NCBI GenBank assembly: GCA_963695555.1
Contig: CAVOGR010000005.1
Coordinates: forward strand, 224,001-288,000
Source: an uncultured Gemmatimonadales bacterium
Lineage (GTDB): Bacteria; Gemmatimonadota; Gemmatimonadetes; Gemmatimonadales; GWC2-71-9
Direction: 5' to 3'
Length of the DNA stretch: 64,000 bases
Below, in pieces: positions 52,322 to 61,931 of the stretch (the stretch's first letter is position 1; each line of letters opens with the position of its first letter). The notes beneath the pieces are model-generated. The model worked only from the letters and a program-made list of their open reading frames with translations. It made no database searches and was not told where the DNA came from. A program made the position numbers and the translations under genes.

Positions 52322-52878
52322 AGCCTCGGCAGGGTCACACCTCGTTGGCGCTGGTACTTGCCCTTCTTGTCGGCGTAGCTCACTTCACACACGTCATCCT
52401 CATCGGCTTCGAAGAACAGAACCTGACAGATGCCTTCGTTGGCGTAAACCTTGGCAGGGAGCGGCGTCGTGTTCGAGATCTCGAGCGTCACGTGGCCTTC
52501 CCATTCCGGCTCGAAGGGCGTCACATTGGTGATGATCCCGCACCGCGCGTAGGTGGATTTTCCAAGGCAGATGGTGAGCACGTTACGGGGAATGCGGAAG
52601 TATTCGATGCTCCGAGCGAGCGCAAAGCTGTTGGGCGGGACGATGCACACGTCGCCGCCAAACTCGACAAAGCTCCGTTCGTCGAAGTTCTTCGGGTCGA
52701 CCACCGCCGAGAGCACGTTGGTGAAGATCTTGAACTCGGGCGCCACGCGCATGTCGTAGCCATAGGACGAGAGCCCGTAGGATATGGCGTTCTCCCGGAC
52801 CTGGCCCTCGACAAACGGCTCGATCATGCCGTGCTCGCGGGCCATCCGGCGGATCCAGCGGTCGGATTTGATGGACAT
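52318..52878 (-). CDS. dcd: dCTP deaminase
   Basis: [33 protein letters not shown] and YANEGICQ motifs. Confidence 0.97.
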   Translation of the reverse strand: MSIKSDRWIRRMAREHGMIEPFVEGQVRENAISYGLSSYGYDMRVAPEFKIFTNVLSAVVDPKNFDERSFVEFGGDVCIVPPNSFALARSIEYFRIPRNVLTICLGKSTYARCGIITNVTPFEPEWEGHVTLEISNTTPLPAKVYANEGICQVLFFEADEDDVCEVSYADKKGKYQRQRGVTLPRL

Positions 52879-53004
52879 GGCTCCTCGGCGTGCCTGGTGG
52901 AGTCCTCGCGGACGGGAAGCCCGGGTGGCGGGCGGCTGGAATATAGTGCCTGGGCGGGCTCGCGGCGCCTCCGCCGCAACTGGTTTCGTCCCTGAGGGTT
53001 GTGC

Positions 53005-53033
53005 TTGAAGTCCCCCGCGTCAGGGTGTAAATT
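53005..53033 (+). promoter_or_regulatory. Sigma70-type promoter of the nuo operon (TTGAAG-17-TAAATT)
   Basis: Hexamers at 53005-53010 and 53028-53033. Confidence 0.6.
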
Positions 53034-53041
53034 GCGCGCTC

Positions 53042-53059
53042 TAGTGAATTTTTTCACTA
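53042..53059. promoter_or_regulatory. Rex-like operator TAGTGAA-TTTT-TTCACTA
   Basis: Perfect 7-4-7 palindrome between the -10 box and nuoA; two mismatches to Rex consensus TTGTGAANNNNTTCACAA. Confidence 0.72.
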
Positions 53060-53072
53060 ACTCCGGACCAGC

Positions 53073-53438
53073 ATGCTCCAAGCCTACATTCCGCTCCTGT
53101 TGGTCGTCGCGTTCGTGGTGGTCAACGCGGTCATCATGCTCGGCCTGTCGCACTGGCTGTCGAGTTCGCGACCCACCGGGGTCAAACTGCAGCCGTACGA
53201 ATCCGGCATGCCGGTCCTCGGGGACGCGCGCGAGCGCTTCTCCGTCAAGTTCTATCTCGTGGCCATGTTGTTCATCATTTTCGACATCGAGGTCGTCTTC
53301 CTGTTCCCGTGGGCGGTAGCGTTCAACCAGTTGCCTGCCCAGTCGGGGCTCCTGCTCGTGGCGATGCTGATCTTCCTCGGGGTGTTGACGGCGGGTTTCA
53401 TCTACGCGTGGAAGCGGGGGGCGCTCGAATGGTCGTAA
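53073..53438 (+). CDS. nuoA: NADH-quinone oxidoreductase subunit A
   Basis: [19 protein letters not shown] and WKRGALEW motifs. Confidence 0.96.
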   Translation: MLQAYIPLLLVVAFVVVNAVIMLGLSHWLSSSRPTGVKLQPYESGMPVLGDARERFSVKFYLVAMLFIIFDIEVVFLFPWAVAFNQLPAQSGLLLVAMLIFLGVLTAGFIYAWKRGALEWS

Positions 53439-54040
53439 CACCGCCGGCTGGTGGCGTGGAACTGAGCGCGGTTTCGCCGAACTGGGTCACCACCCGGCTC
53501 GATTTCCTGTCCAACTGGGCCCGGTCGAACTCGCTCTGGCCCATGCCGTTCGGCACGGCGTGCTGCGCCATCGAGTTCATGGCCACCGCCGCCAGCCGGT
53601 TCGATTTGGCCCGGTTTGGCATGGAGCGCATGAGCTACTCGCCCCGCCAGGCGGACGTGTTGATCTGTGCGGGCCGGCTGCCCTTCAAGCTGGCACCCGT
53701 TATCAGGCGGATTTGGGACCAGATGCCGCAACCGAAGTGGTCCATCTCCATGGGAGCGTGCGCATCGACGGGCGGCATCTTCGACAACTACGCCATGGTG
53801 CAGGGGATCGACACGATCATTCCGGTCGACGTCTACGTGCCCGGCTGCCCGCCGCGTCCGGAAGGACTGGTGTACGGCATCATGCTGCTCCAGAAGAAGA
53901 TCAAGGGTGAGTCCTTCACCGATCCGGATCTTCGCCAGGAGCATCTGCTGGACGACGCCGGCATGTTCCTGCCGCCGGAACGGGTGGATGAACTCTCGGA
54001 GCCGTTCGGCAACTCCATCCATCAAACGCGCTCCGGATGA
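53429..54040 (+). CDS. nuoB: NADH-quinone oxidoreductase subunit B
   Basis: [21 protein letters not shown] and [10 protein letters not shown] motifs. Confidence 0.96.
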   Translation: MVVTPPAGGVELSAVSPNWVTTRLDFLSNWARSNSLWPMPFGTACCAIEFMATAASRFDLARFGMERMSYSPRQADVLICAGRLPFKLAPVIRRIWDQMPQPKWSISMGACASTGGIFDNYAMVQGIDTIIPVDVYVPGCPPRPEGLVYGIMLLQKKIKGESFTDPDLRQEHLLDDAGMFLPPERVDELSEPFGNSIHQTRSG

Positions 54041-54654
54041 CCGGCGTCTCGCCTTCGGTTGGCGCCCTGACCGCTGAGTTCGGCTCGGCAATTCTCCGTA
54101 CCGTCGTCTCCTGCGGGGACTCGATCGTGTACGTCACGCGCGAACGAGCCCACGACGTCCTGGCGTGGCTCAAGAACACACCCGGGCAAGAATTCGATTA
54201 CCTAACCGACATCACGGCAGTGGACTATCGAGACCCGGAGCGTCCGCTCGAAGTGGTGTATCAACTCCGATCGCTGGGCCGCAAGGCCGATCTGCGTGTC
54301 AAGATCGCGCTCGATGGATCCGCGCCACTGGACGTGGACTCGGTGTACGACCTGTGGAAGGGGGCGGATTGGCTGGAGCGCGAGGTCTACGACATGTTCG
54401 GCGTCACCTTTGTCGGCCACCCCGATCTGCGTCGGATTCTCATGTGGGAGACGTACGGGGAAGGGTATCCGTTGCGGAAAGACTTCCCGCTGCGGGGCCA
54501 CTTCAGCCGGGCGGAACAGGTGCGGCAGGCGCTGGCCGCCAATCCGGAGGCGCAGTACTCGCTGGAGGAACTGTCGCTGGCGCAGGCGATGCACGACCTG
54601 CCGGCCGATATGACCGAACGGCTGCGCCGCGGTGAGCGGGGGCTGGTGCCATGA
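54037..54654 (+). CDS. nuoC: NADH-quinone oxidoreductase subunit C
   Basis: [27 protein letters not shown]. Confidence 0.95.
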   Translation: MTGVSPSVGALTAEFGSAILRTVVSCGDSIVYVTRERAHDVLAWLKNTPGQEFDYLTDITAVDYRDPERPLEVVYQLRSLGRKADLRVKIALDGSAPLDVDSVYDLWKGADWLEREVYDMFGVTFVGHPDLRRILMWETYGEGYPLRKDFPLRGHFSRAEQVRQALAANPEAQYSLEELSLAQAMHDLPADMTERLRRGERGLVP

Positions 54655-55925
54655 CCCGGCGCACCGTCGAGATGGCGCTGTCGACCCCGGGTCTCGACGC
54701 CCAGGGCCGTCCGGTGTCGTTGCCGCTTGGCGTCACGGGGGGCGAGCCGGGCCAGACGCCGGATGAGCACATGCTGCTCAACATCGGACCGCAGCACCCG
54801 GCGACGCACGGGGTCCTTCGATTGGTCGTAGAGCTCGACGGCGAGGTCGTGCGCCGGGTCATCCCGCACATTGGGTATTTGCACTCGGGGTTCGAAAAGT
54901 TGGGCGAGTACCGGCAGTACAATCAGATCATTCCGCTGACCGACCGGACCGACTACCTGGCGCCCATGGCCAACAACGTGGCGCTGGCGCTGGCGGTCGA
55001 GAAGCTGATGGGCATCGAGATCACCGAACGCTGCAAGGTGCTTCGGGTGATTGCCTGCGAGATGAGTCGCATCATCTCCCACATCGTGTGGCTGGGCACC
55101 ACCGGCATCGATCTCGGAGCGTTCACGCCGTTCCTGTGGTCGTTCCAGGAGCGGGAGCGCATTTACAACCTGCAAGAGGCATGGACCGGGGCGCGGCTCA
55201 CCACCAGCCTGACGCGCGTCGGCGGAATGATGGCCGACATTCCGGAGGGATGGGACCTGGCGCTCCGTGAATTCACCCAGACGTTCCCGAGCGTGCTCGA
55301 CGAAGTCGATACCATGTTCAGTCGGAACGCGATCTGGTGTGGCCGGACCCAGGGAATCGGCGCCATGTCGGCCGAGGACGCCATCAACTACTCCTTGTCG
55401 GGCCCGATGCTCCGCGCGAGCGGTGTCGACTACGATGTCCGGAAGGACCGTCCGTACCTGGATTACGAGACCTACGATTTCGAGGTCCCGGTGGGGGAAC
55501 ACGGCGACATCTACGACCGCTACATGGTGCGACTGGAAGAGATGTATCAGTCGAACCGGATTCTCCAACAGGCATTGGACCGGCTCGAGCCCGGCCCGAT
55601 CAACGTCGACGATCCCCGCGTCATCCTGCCGCCCAAATCGCGCGCCATGAGCGACATGGAAGCCATGATCTTCCACTTCAAGCAGGTCATGGAGGGCATC
55701 AAGCCGCCCGCCGGTGAGGTGTACTTCGGCGCCGAGAACCCCAAGGGCGAGCTGGGCTACTATTTCGTGTCCGACGGCACCGCAAAGCCGGTGCGTTGGC
55801 GTATCCGACCTCCGGCGTTCATCAACCTGGCGGCCCTGCCCGCGCTTTGCGAGGGCGCGCTCCTGGCCGACGTGATCGCCATCAACGCGAGCGTCGACAT
55901 CGTGATGGGGGAAATCGACCGATGA
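54651..55925 (+). CDS. nuoD: NADH-quinone oxidoreductase subunit D
   Basis: NIGPQHPATHGVLRL, GYLHSG.EK, ENPKGELG, C-terminal GEIDR. Confidence 0.97.
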   Translation: MTRRTVEMALSTPGLDAQGRPVSLPLGVTGGEPGQTPDEHMLLNIGPQHPATHGVLRLVVELDGEVVRRVIPHIGYLHSGFEKLGEYRQYNQIIPLTDRTDYLAPMANNVALALAVEKLMGIEITERCKVLRVIACEMSRIISHIVWLGTTGIDLGAFTPFLWSFQERERIYNLQEAWTGARLTTSLTRVGGMMADIPEGWDLALREFTQTFPSVLDEVDTMFSRNAIWCGRTQGIGAMSAEDAINYSLSGPMLRASGVDYDVRKDRPYLDYETYDFEVPVGEHGDIYDRYMVRLEEMYQSNRILQQALDRLEPGPINVDDPRVILPPKSRAMSDMEAMIFHFKQVMEGIKPPAGEVYFGAENPKGELGYYFVSDGTAKPVRWRIRPPAFINLAALPALCEGALLADVIAINASVDIVMGEIDR

Positions 55926-56446
55926 GTGCCACTCCGGGCGCCGCGCCCCACGGCCACGAGACGGCCCCGTATGAACCGGTGTTCGTCGGGTCGGCGTTGA
56001 GCAAACTCGAGTCGCTGTTTGCGCAGTACCCAACCAAACAAGCCTGCCTCCTGCCCGCGCTCTGGATGGTGCAAGACGCCCGCGGCTGGGTGTCGGAGTC
56101 CGCTATGGCCGAGGTTGCGGACGTACTCGGCCTCACGCCCGCGTTCGTCAAGGGCGTCGTGACCTTCTATACCATGTACCACCTCCACCCCGTGGGGCGG
56201 CATTTCATCCAGGTCTGCACCACGTCGCCGTGCGGCCTCTGCGGGGCGGAGGACGTGCGCGATGCGATCCTGGAAGCGACCGGCTGCGAAGAATTGGGAA
56301 GGACGAGCCCCGATGGGCGGTTCACGGTCATCGAGGTCGAGTGCCTCGGCGCCTGTGGGTTTGCCACTCCCATTCTGATCGACGACGACTTCATCGAGAG
56401 CGTCACGGCCGAACGGGTGCCGGCCCTGTTGGAGGGCTACGAGTAA
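55922..56446 (+). CDS. nuoE: NADH-quinone oxidoreductase subunit E
   Basis: TFYTMY, VCTTSPC and ECLGAC motifs. Confidence 0.94.
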   Translation: MSATPGAAPHGHETAPYEPVFVGSALSKLESLFAQYPTKQACLLPALWMVQDARGWVSESAMAEVADVLGLTPAFVKGVVTFYTMYHLHPVGRHFIQVCTTSPCGLCGAEDVRDAILEATGCEELGRTSPDGRFTVIEVECLGACGFATPILIDDDFIESVTAERVPALLEGYE

Positions 56447-57753
56447 TGGGTTACCCGCATCCGATCCATCCCAAAGAGACACCGGTGCTCTCCACCCACT
56501 TCGGAGACGCCGCCGCCCGCTCGTACGCCGGTTGGGTGGAGCGGGGGGGCTATCAGGCGCTGCGCAAGGCACTCGCCATGACACCCAACGACGTCACCGA
56601 GGAGGTCAAGGCGTCGGGCCTCAGGGGTCGCGGTGGAGCAGGCTTCCCGTGTGGGCTCAAGTGGTCATTCATGCCCAAGAACTCGGGGAAGCCGCATTAC
56701 CTGGTGTGTAATGCCGACGAGTCGGAGCCGGGCACGTTCAAGGACCGGGAGATTATGCGGTGGACGCCGCACGCGCTCATCGAGGGGTGCGCCATTGCCG
56801 CATACGCCATCGGTGCGGAGCGCTGCTACGTCTACATCCGCGGCGAATTCACCGAGCCCCTCCGCATCATGACCACGGCCATCGAGGAGGCCTACGCCAA
56901 CGGCGTGCTCGGCACGAACGTGATGGGCAGCGGGACCACCATCGACATGATCATTCATCGCGGGGCCGGCGCCTACATCTGCGGCGAGGAAACGGCCCTG
57001 ATGAACTCCATCGAAGGCAAACGCGGCAACCCCAGGATCAAGCCGCCCTTTCCGGCGCAAGCCGGTGTCTTCGGCATGCCGACCACGGTGAACAACGTCG
57101 AGACGTTGGCCGCGGTGCCGCACATCGTCACTCGAGGAGCGGCGTGGTACAAGGGCCTCTGCCTCGGCAGCGACAAGAGCACCGGCACCAAGCTGTTTTC
57201 GGTGTGCGGCCAGATCCAGCGGCCTGGGAACTACGAAGTGACGATGGGCACTCCCATGCGGGACCTCGTCGTCGACATGGCCGGCGGGGCCGGGCCGGGG
57301 CGGACCCTGAAGGCGGTGATTCCCGGCGGCTCATCGGTTCCGATCATGACCGTCGCGGAAATGGAAGACTGCGTCTGCGACTACGAAGGTGTCATGGCGA
57401 AGGGGTCCATGCTCGGTTCGGGCGGTATGATCGTGATGGACGACAGCGCCGACATGGTCTATCAGATCTGGCGCCTGGCCCGGTTCTACGCCCATGAGTC
57501 GTGTGCCCAGTGTACCCAATGCCGAGAGGGAACGGCGTGGACCACCAAGATCCTGGAGCGCATTCTCCGGGGGCAGGGGGAGCAAAAGGATCTGCAACTG
57601 CTCATGGACTTGTCCGAAAACATGACCGGCAAGACCATCTGCGTGTTGAGTGATTCCTGTGCCGCGCCGATCGTGAGCGGCATCCAGAAGTTTCCCGAGG
57701 AATTCGAGGCCTATATCTCCAAGCGCCGCCAGCCGGCACTCAGCCCAGCGTAA
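56446..57753 (+). CDS. nuoF: NADH-quinone oxidoreductase subunit F
   Basis: GLRGRGGAGF, NADESEPG, GAGAYICGEETAL and ESCAQCTQCREG motifs. Confidence 0.97.
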   Translation: MGYPHPIHPKETPVLSTHFGDAAARSYAGWVERGGYQALRKALAMTPNDVTEEVKASGLRGRGGAGFPCGLKWSFMPKNSGKPHYLVCNADESEPGTFKDREIMRWTPHALIEGCAIAAYAIGAERCYVYIRGEFTEPLRIMTTAIEEAYANGVLGTNVMGSGTTIDMIIHRGAGAYICGEETALMNSIEGKRGNPRIKPPFPAQAGVFGMPTTVNNVETLAAVPHIVTRGAAWYKGLCLGSDKSTGTKLFSVCGQIQRPGNYEVTMGTPMRDLVVDMAGGAGPGRTLKAVIPGGSSVPIMTVAEMEDCVCDYEGVMAKGSMLGSGGMIVMDDSADMVYQIWRLARFYAHESCAQCTQCREGTAWTTKILERILRGQGEQKDLQLLMDLSENMTGKTICVLSDSCAAPIVSGIQKFPEEFEAYISKRRQPALSPA

Positions 57754-57758
57754 CGCCG

Positions 57759-59339
57759 ATGCCCGACGACCTGGTTACGGTAACGATCGACGGCATCGCG
57801 GTGCAGGTGCCGAAAGGCACTCCGCTCATCGAAGCCGCGAAACGGGCAGGCATTCTGGTGCCCCATTACTGCTACCATCCGTCGCTGCCGGCACCGGCGG
57901 TGTGCCGGATGTGCTTGGTCGAGGTGGAGAAGGCCCCGAAACTGCTCCCGGCCTGCGTGACCACCGTGGCGGACGGCCAAGTGGTCCATGTCCATAGCGA
58001 GGCGGCCGAACAGGCCCGCGAGGGCGTGCTCGAGTTCCTGCTGATCAACCATCCGCTCGATTGCCCGATCTGCGATCAGGCCGGCGAATGTGAATTGCAG
58101 AACTACGTGTTCCAGGAAGGCCGGGCCGGCTCCCGGTACGACGACTATCCCAAGCGATTCAATCCGGTGGAGGACTTCGGCCCGGACATCCTGTACGTAC
58201 CCAATCGGTGCATTCTCTGCACCCGGTGCGTGCGCTTCATGGATGACGTGGCGAAGACCCCGGTGCTCAACGTCTCGGAGCGCGGCGATCGCGCGACGAT
58301 CGGCATCTTTCCGGAGACGACGCTGGACCACCCGTGGTCCGGCAACGTCGTCGACCTGTGCCCGGTGGGCTCGCTCGTCTCGAAGGATTTTCTCCACAAA
58401 GCGCGTGCCTGGGAACTGGACAAGACGGCCAGCATCTGTCCGGGCTGTACCCAGGGCTGCAACGTGACGATCGAGACGCGGGAGCACAACGTGGTGCGCC
58501 TGCGACCCAGGCCAAACATGGAGGTAAACCGGCACTTCATCTGCGATGAAGGCCGCATGAACTACCGGTGGATGAATCGCGGCGACCGGGTTGAGGCCCC
58601 TCGGGTGAAAGACGGCGCCCGCCATCAGGCCGTGGATTGGGACACGGCCCTCGCGCGGCTGGCCGAGTCCCTCGTGGGCACGCGCGGCTCCGCCGTGCTC
58701 CTGGCCAGCGCGCGGGCCTCGACAGAGTCCTTGGGACACCTCCGCCGCATGCTCGACCGCTTTGACGTGACCGCCGCCGTGAGAGTGCCGCTCGGTGATG
58801 AAGCGCCGCTCGAAGGAATTCCGGGGCTGGCCCTGAGGGCGGAGCGGGCTCCCAACCTGGCCGGTGCCCACCTCATGGGCTATACGGCCAAATGGGACGA
58901 CGCCGTCCGTGCGGCGGCGGCCGCGGCCGTGGTGGTCGTGGTGGATGAGCTCCTGACCGAGGCCGAGTTGGCTACCGCCCGCCGGGCGGGCCTGCTGGTG
59001 GTACTGAGCACGCTGGAATCGGACGACCTCGACCAGGCCGATCTGGTGTTGCCCATCACGACCATGGCCGAGGAGTCTGGCACATATCTCAACCGCGACC
59101 ACCGGCTGCAACGCTACCTGCAAGCGAAAGCGGCACCGGGCATGGCGCGTCCCGCCTGGTGGGCGGCGGTCGAAGCACAAGCCCGAGCCGATGGCCTAGC
59201 CACGGCCCCGGGCTCGGCCGCCGAGGCATTTGCGGCGTTGGGCGACCACGTGCCGAGCCTCGCCGGTCTTACCTACGCCGACATCGGATTCGTTGGCCGG
59301 ATCATCGGTCGGCATGCGGCGGTGGGAGTCGAGCGGTGA
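57759..59339 (+). CDS. nuoG: NADH-quinone oxidoreductase subunit G (short form)
   Basis: PHYCYH..CRMCLVE, NHPLDCPICDQAGEC, CILCTRC and CPGCTQGC motifs. Confidence 0.93.
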   Translation: MPDDLVTVTIDGIAVQVPKGTPLIEAAKRAGILVPHYCYHPSLPAPAVCRMCLVEVEKAPKLLPACVTTVADGQVVHVHSEAAEQAREGVLEFLLINHPLDCPICDQAGECELQNYVFQEGRAGSRYDDYPKRFNPVEDFGPDILYVPNRCILCTRCVRFMDDVAKTPVLNVSERGDRATIGIFPETTLDHPWSGNVVDLCPVGSLVSKDFLHKARAWELDKTASICPGCTQGCNVTIETREHNVVRLRPRPNMEVNRHFICDEGRMNYRWMNRGDRVEAPRVKDGARHQAVDWDTALARLAESLVGTRGSAVLLASARASTESLGHLRRMLDRFDVTAAVRVPLGDEAPLEGIPGLALRAERAPNLAGAHLMGYTAKWDDAVRAAAAAAVVVVVDELLTEAELATARRAGLLVVLSTLESDDLDQADLVLPITTMAEESGTYLNRDHRLQRYLQAKAAPGMARPAWWAAVEAQARADGLATAPGSAAEAFAALGDHVPSLAGLTYADIGFVGRIIGRHAAVGVER

Positions 59340-60577
59340 CCCCCGAGCTCAAGGGGTTCCTGCTCGTCGCCAGCGTCAAGATGGTGGTGGTCTTCGTCGT
59401 GGTCCTCGTGTGGGTGGCGCTCTTGACGCTCATGGAGCGCAAAGTGTCGGCCTGGATCCAGAATCGGTTGGGACCGAACCGGGTGGGCCCTGGCGGCCTG
59501 CTTCAGCCGGTGGCCGACGGGATCAAGAACTTCATCAAAGAAGAGACGCTGCCGAAGGTGGCCAACCCGGTACTGTTCGTGCTGGCGCCGGCGATGTCGT
59601 TCATCCCGGCCATGCTCCTGTCCGCGGTCATTCCGTTTGCCGCTCCGCTGCCGCTCGAGTTCGACTTCACGCTGCCGATCGTCGGCCGCATGGTGCATTC
59701 GGGCGCGACGCCGATGGTCGTCGCCGACTTGCCGGTCGGATTCTTGTTCGTGCTGGCGGTGAGTTCGATGGGCGTCTACGGTATCGCCATTGCGGGCTGG
59801 TCGTCGAACAGCAAGTACAGCCTTCTGGGGGGCCTCCGCGCCAGCGCGCAGATGGTGTCCTATGAGGTGGCCCTCGGACTGAGCGTGCTGCCCATCCTGC
59901 TGCTGGCGGGCAATGTGTCGTTCTCGTCGGTCATCGCCGAGCAGCAGGCCGGGCTCTGGTACGTCCTGCCGCTCTTCTTGTCGTTCTTCGTGTTCCTGAT
60001 CTCGGGCCTCGCGGAAACGAACCGACTGCCGTTCGACATGCCGGAGGCCGAGTCGGAGCTGATCGCCGGATACCACACCGAGTACAGTGCGATGAAGTTC
60101 GCCATGTTCTTCATCGCCGAATACGCCAACATGATCACCGTGTCGGCCATGACGGCGACGCTGTTCCTGGGCGGTTGGGATATTCCGTTTACCGCGTGGG
60201 ATCAACAAGGCGGGGTGGCGCAAACGCTGGCCACCGGCGGGTTCTTCGTGGCGAAAGTGATGGTGTTCATCTTCATCTTCATGTGGATCCGCTGGACGCT
60301 GCCTCGCTTCCGCTACGACCAACTCATGGCGCTGGGCTGGAAATTCCTGATCGAGGTGGCCACGGTCTATTTCGTGGTGATCGCAATCGCCATACACGTG
60401 ATCGGGCGGGTGTGGGGGGTGACTGATCCTCGCGCGATGGGGCTCTGGCTGTTTGGGTTGAATCTGGTGCTGTGCTACGTGGTGTTCATGCTGCTGGATC
60501 GCGGCAATGTCATTGAAGGGAGCTCGCCGCAGCGACGCGCCGCCCCCACCGAGGCCCTGGAGTCCGAATGGCGATAA
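59336..60577 (+). CDS. nuoH: NADH-quinone oxidoreductase subunit H
   Basis: ERKV..RLGPNRVGP.GLLQPVADG.K, AETNRLPFDMPEAESEL and PRFRYDQLM motifs. Confidence 0.96.
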   Translation: MTPELKGFLLVASVKMVVVFVVVLVWVALLTLMERKVSAWIQNRLGPNRVGPGGLLQPVADGIKNFIKEETLPKVANPVLFVLAPAMSFIPAMLLSAVIPFAAPLPLEFDFTLPIVGRMVHSGATPMVVADLPVGFLFVLAVSSMGVYGIAIAGWSSNSKYSLLGGLRASAQMVSYEVALGLSVLPILLLAGNVSFSSVIAEQQAGLWYVLPLFLSFFVFLISGLAETNRLPFDMPEAESELIAGYHTEYSAMKFAMFFIAEYANMITVSAMTATLFLGGWDIPFTAWDQQGGVAQTLATGGFFVAKVMVFIFIFMWIRWTLPRFRYDQLMALGWKFLIEVATVYFVVIAIAIHVIGRVWGVTDPRAMGLWLFGLNLVLCYVVFMLLDRGNVIEGSSPQRRAAPTEALESEWR

Positions 60578-61074
60578 CGGTCAAGGTGTGTCGGCGTCCG
60601 GAACGGAACGTGAGCTACGTGCGGGCGGCGCTCAAGGGGATGCGGCTGACCTTCAAACATCTCCTCCAGCCCAAATTCACCATGCAGTACCCCGAGGAGA
60701 AGAGCCGGGACGATTGGACGCTCTCCTCCCGATGGCGCGGCACGCATCGCATGATGACGGATGAGGCCGGGCGGTCGAAGTGCGTCGCGTGCGGTCTCTG
60801 CCCGCAGATCTGCCCCGCCAACTGCATCAAGCTCGTGCCTGGCGAGGACGAGCATGGCAACCGCTATCCGCTGATCTACGAGATCGACGAATTCCGCTGC
60901 GTGTTCTGCGGCTACTGCCAGGAAGTGTGCCCCGAAGAAGCCATCCACGTGGGTGTCCATTTCGAGAACGCGGAATACGACCGTGCGCGGTTCGTGTACG
61001 ACTTGGAGCGGCTGTCCTCGCAGACGCATCCGGTGTCGACGTTATGGGATCCCACCGATCCCAGGGGCGAGTGA
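60568..61074 (+). CDS. nuoI: NADH-quinone oxidoreductase subunit I
   Basis: CVACGLCPQICP and CVFCGYCQEVCP 4Fe-4S motifs. Confidence 0.96.
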   Translation: MAITVKVCRRPERNVSYVRAALKGMRLTFKHLLQPKFTMQYPEEKSRDDWTLSSRWRGTHRMMTDEAGRSKCVACGLCPQICPANCIKLVPGEDEHGNRYPLIYEIDEFRCVFCGYCQEVCPEEAIHVGVHFENAEYDRARFVYDLERLSSQTHPVSTLWDPTDPRGE

Positions 61075-61628
61075 TGGCCGAGATCGTCTTCTATTTCTTC
61101 GCGGCCGCTGCCATCCTGTCCGCGCTCATGTGCATTACGCAGCGGAACCCGGTGGCCTCCGCGTTCTGGTTGATCTCGACGATGCTGACCCTCGCGGGCA
61201 TCTTCGTGTTGCTCGAAGCGCAGTTCATCGCGGCCGTCCAGGTCTTGGTCTACGCCGGCGCCATCATGGTGCTGTTCCTCTTCGTGATCATGCTGCTGAA
61301 CCTGAGCGACCGGGTAAGCGACATCCGGGGCAAGTTGAGCTGGGTCGTGGCGGCGCTCATTGCCGGCGCACTGGCCGCGTCACTCCTCACGCTCCGGGGG
61401 TATACCCCGGCGCGGCTGGCGCTCGAGGTGACCGGCTCGGCACAGATTCCGCCCGAGGTCGCGTTCCAGGCCGCGGAGTTGGCTCGGGCGGAGGCGGCAT
61501 CGCGGGGGATCATCGGCGTCTTCGCCGAGCCGCTGTTCGGATCGTACCTCATCCCCTTCGAGATCACGGGGTTGCTCTTGCTCACGGCGATCGTCGGCGC
61601 GGTCGTGCTGGCAAAGCGGAGGCTCTAA
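61074..61628 (+). CDS. nuoJ: NADH-quinone oxidoreductase subunit J
   Basis: [19 protein letters not shown] and PFEITGLLL motifs. Confidence 0.95.
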   Translation: MAEIVFYFFAAAAILSALMCITQRNPVASAFWLISTMLTLAGIFVLLEAQFIAAVQVLVYAGAIMVLFLFVIMLLNLSDRVSDIRGKLSWVVAALIAGALAASLLTLRGYTPARLALEVTGSAQIPPEVAFQAAELARAEAASRGIIGVFAEPLFGSYLIPFEITGLLLLTAIVGAVVLAKRRL

Positions 61629-61629
61629 G

Positions 61630-61926
61630 ATGCTGCTTGGCCCTTCGCTCGGCCTGTCCGCCATCCTGTTCGCGATCGGCGTGGCCGGTGTCATTCTCCG
61701 GCGCAACGCGATCGTGCTGTTCATGTGCATCGAGCTGATGCTCAATGCCGTGAATCTGAGTTTCATCGCACTGGCACGCTACCACGGCGTCAGCGGGCAG
61801 ATCATGGTCTTCTTCGTCATGACGGTTGCGGCGGCTGAGGCGGCGGTGGGGCTCGCGATCATCCTGGCCCTGTTCCGACATCGCGAGAGCGTCGATCTCA
61901 AGGACGCCAACGTGCTGCAAGGATAA
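61630..61926 (+). CDS. nuoK: NADH-quinone oxidoreductase subunit K
   Basis: RRNAI..IELMLNA and [11 protein letters not shown] motifs. Confidence 0.96.
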   Translation: MLLGPSLGLSAILFAIGVAGVILRRNAIVLFMCIELMLNAVNLSFIALARYHGVSGQIMVFFVMTVAAAEAAVGLAIILALFRHRESVDLKDANVLQG

Positions 61927-61931
61927 CCGGC

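Noticed and set aside
57759..59339. nuoG truncated or pseudogene (526 aa)
   Set aside because: All Fe-S motifs are present, the frame is open and it is coupled to nuoH by a GTGA overlap; short NuoG forms are known.
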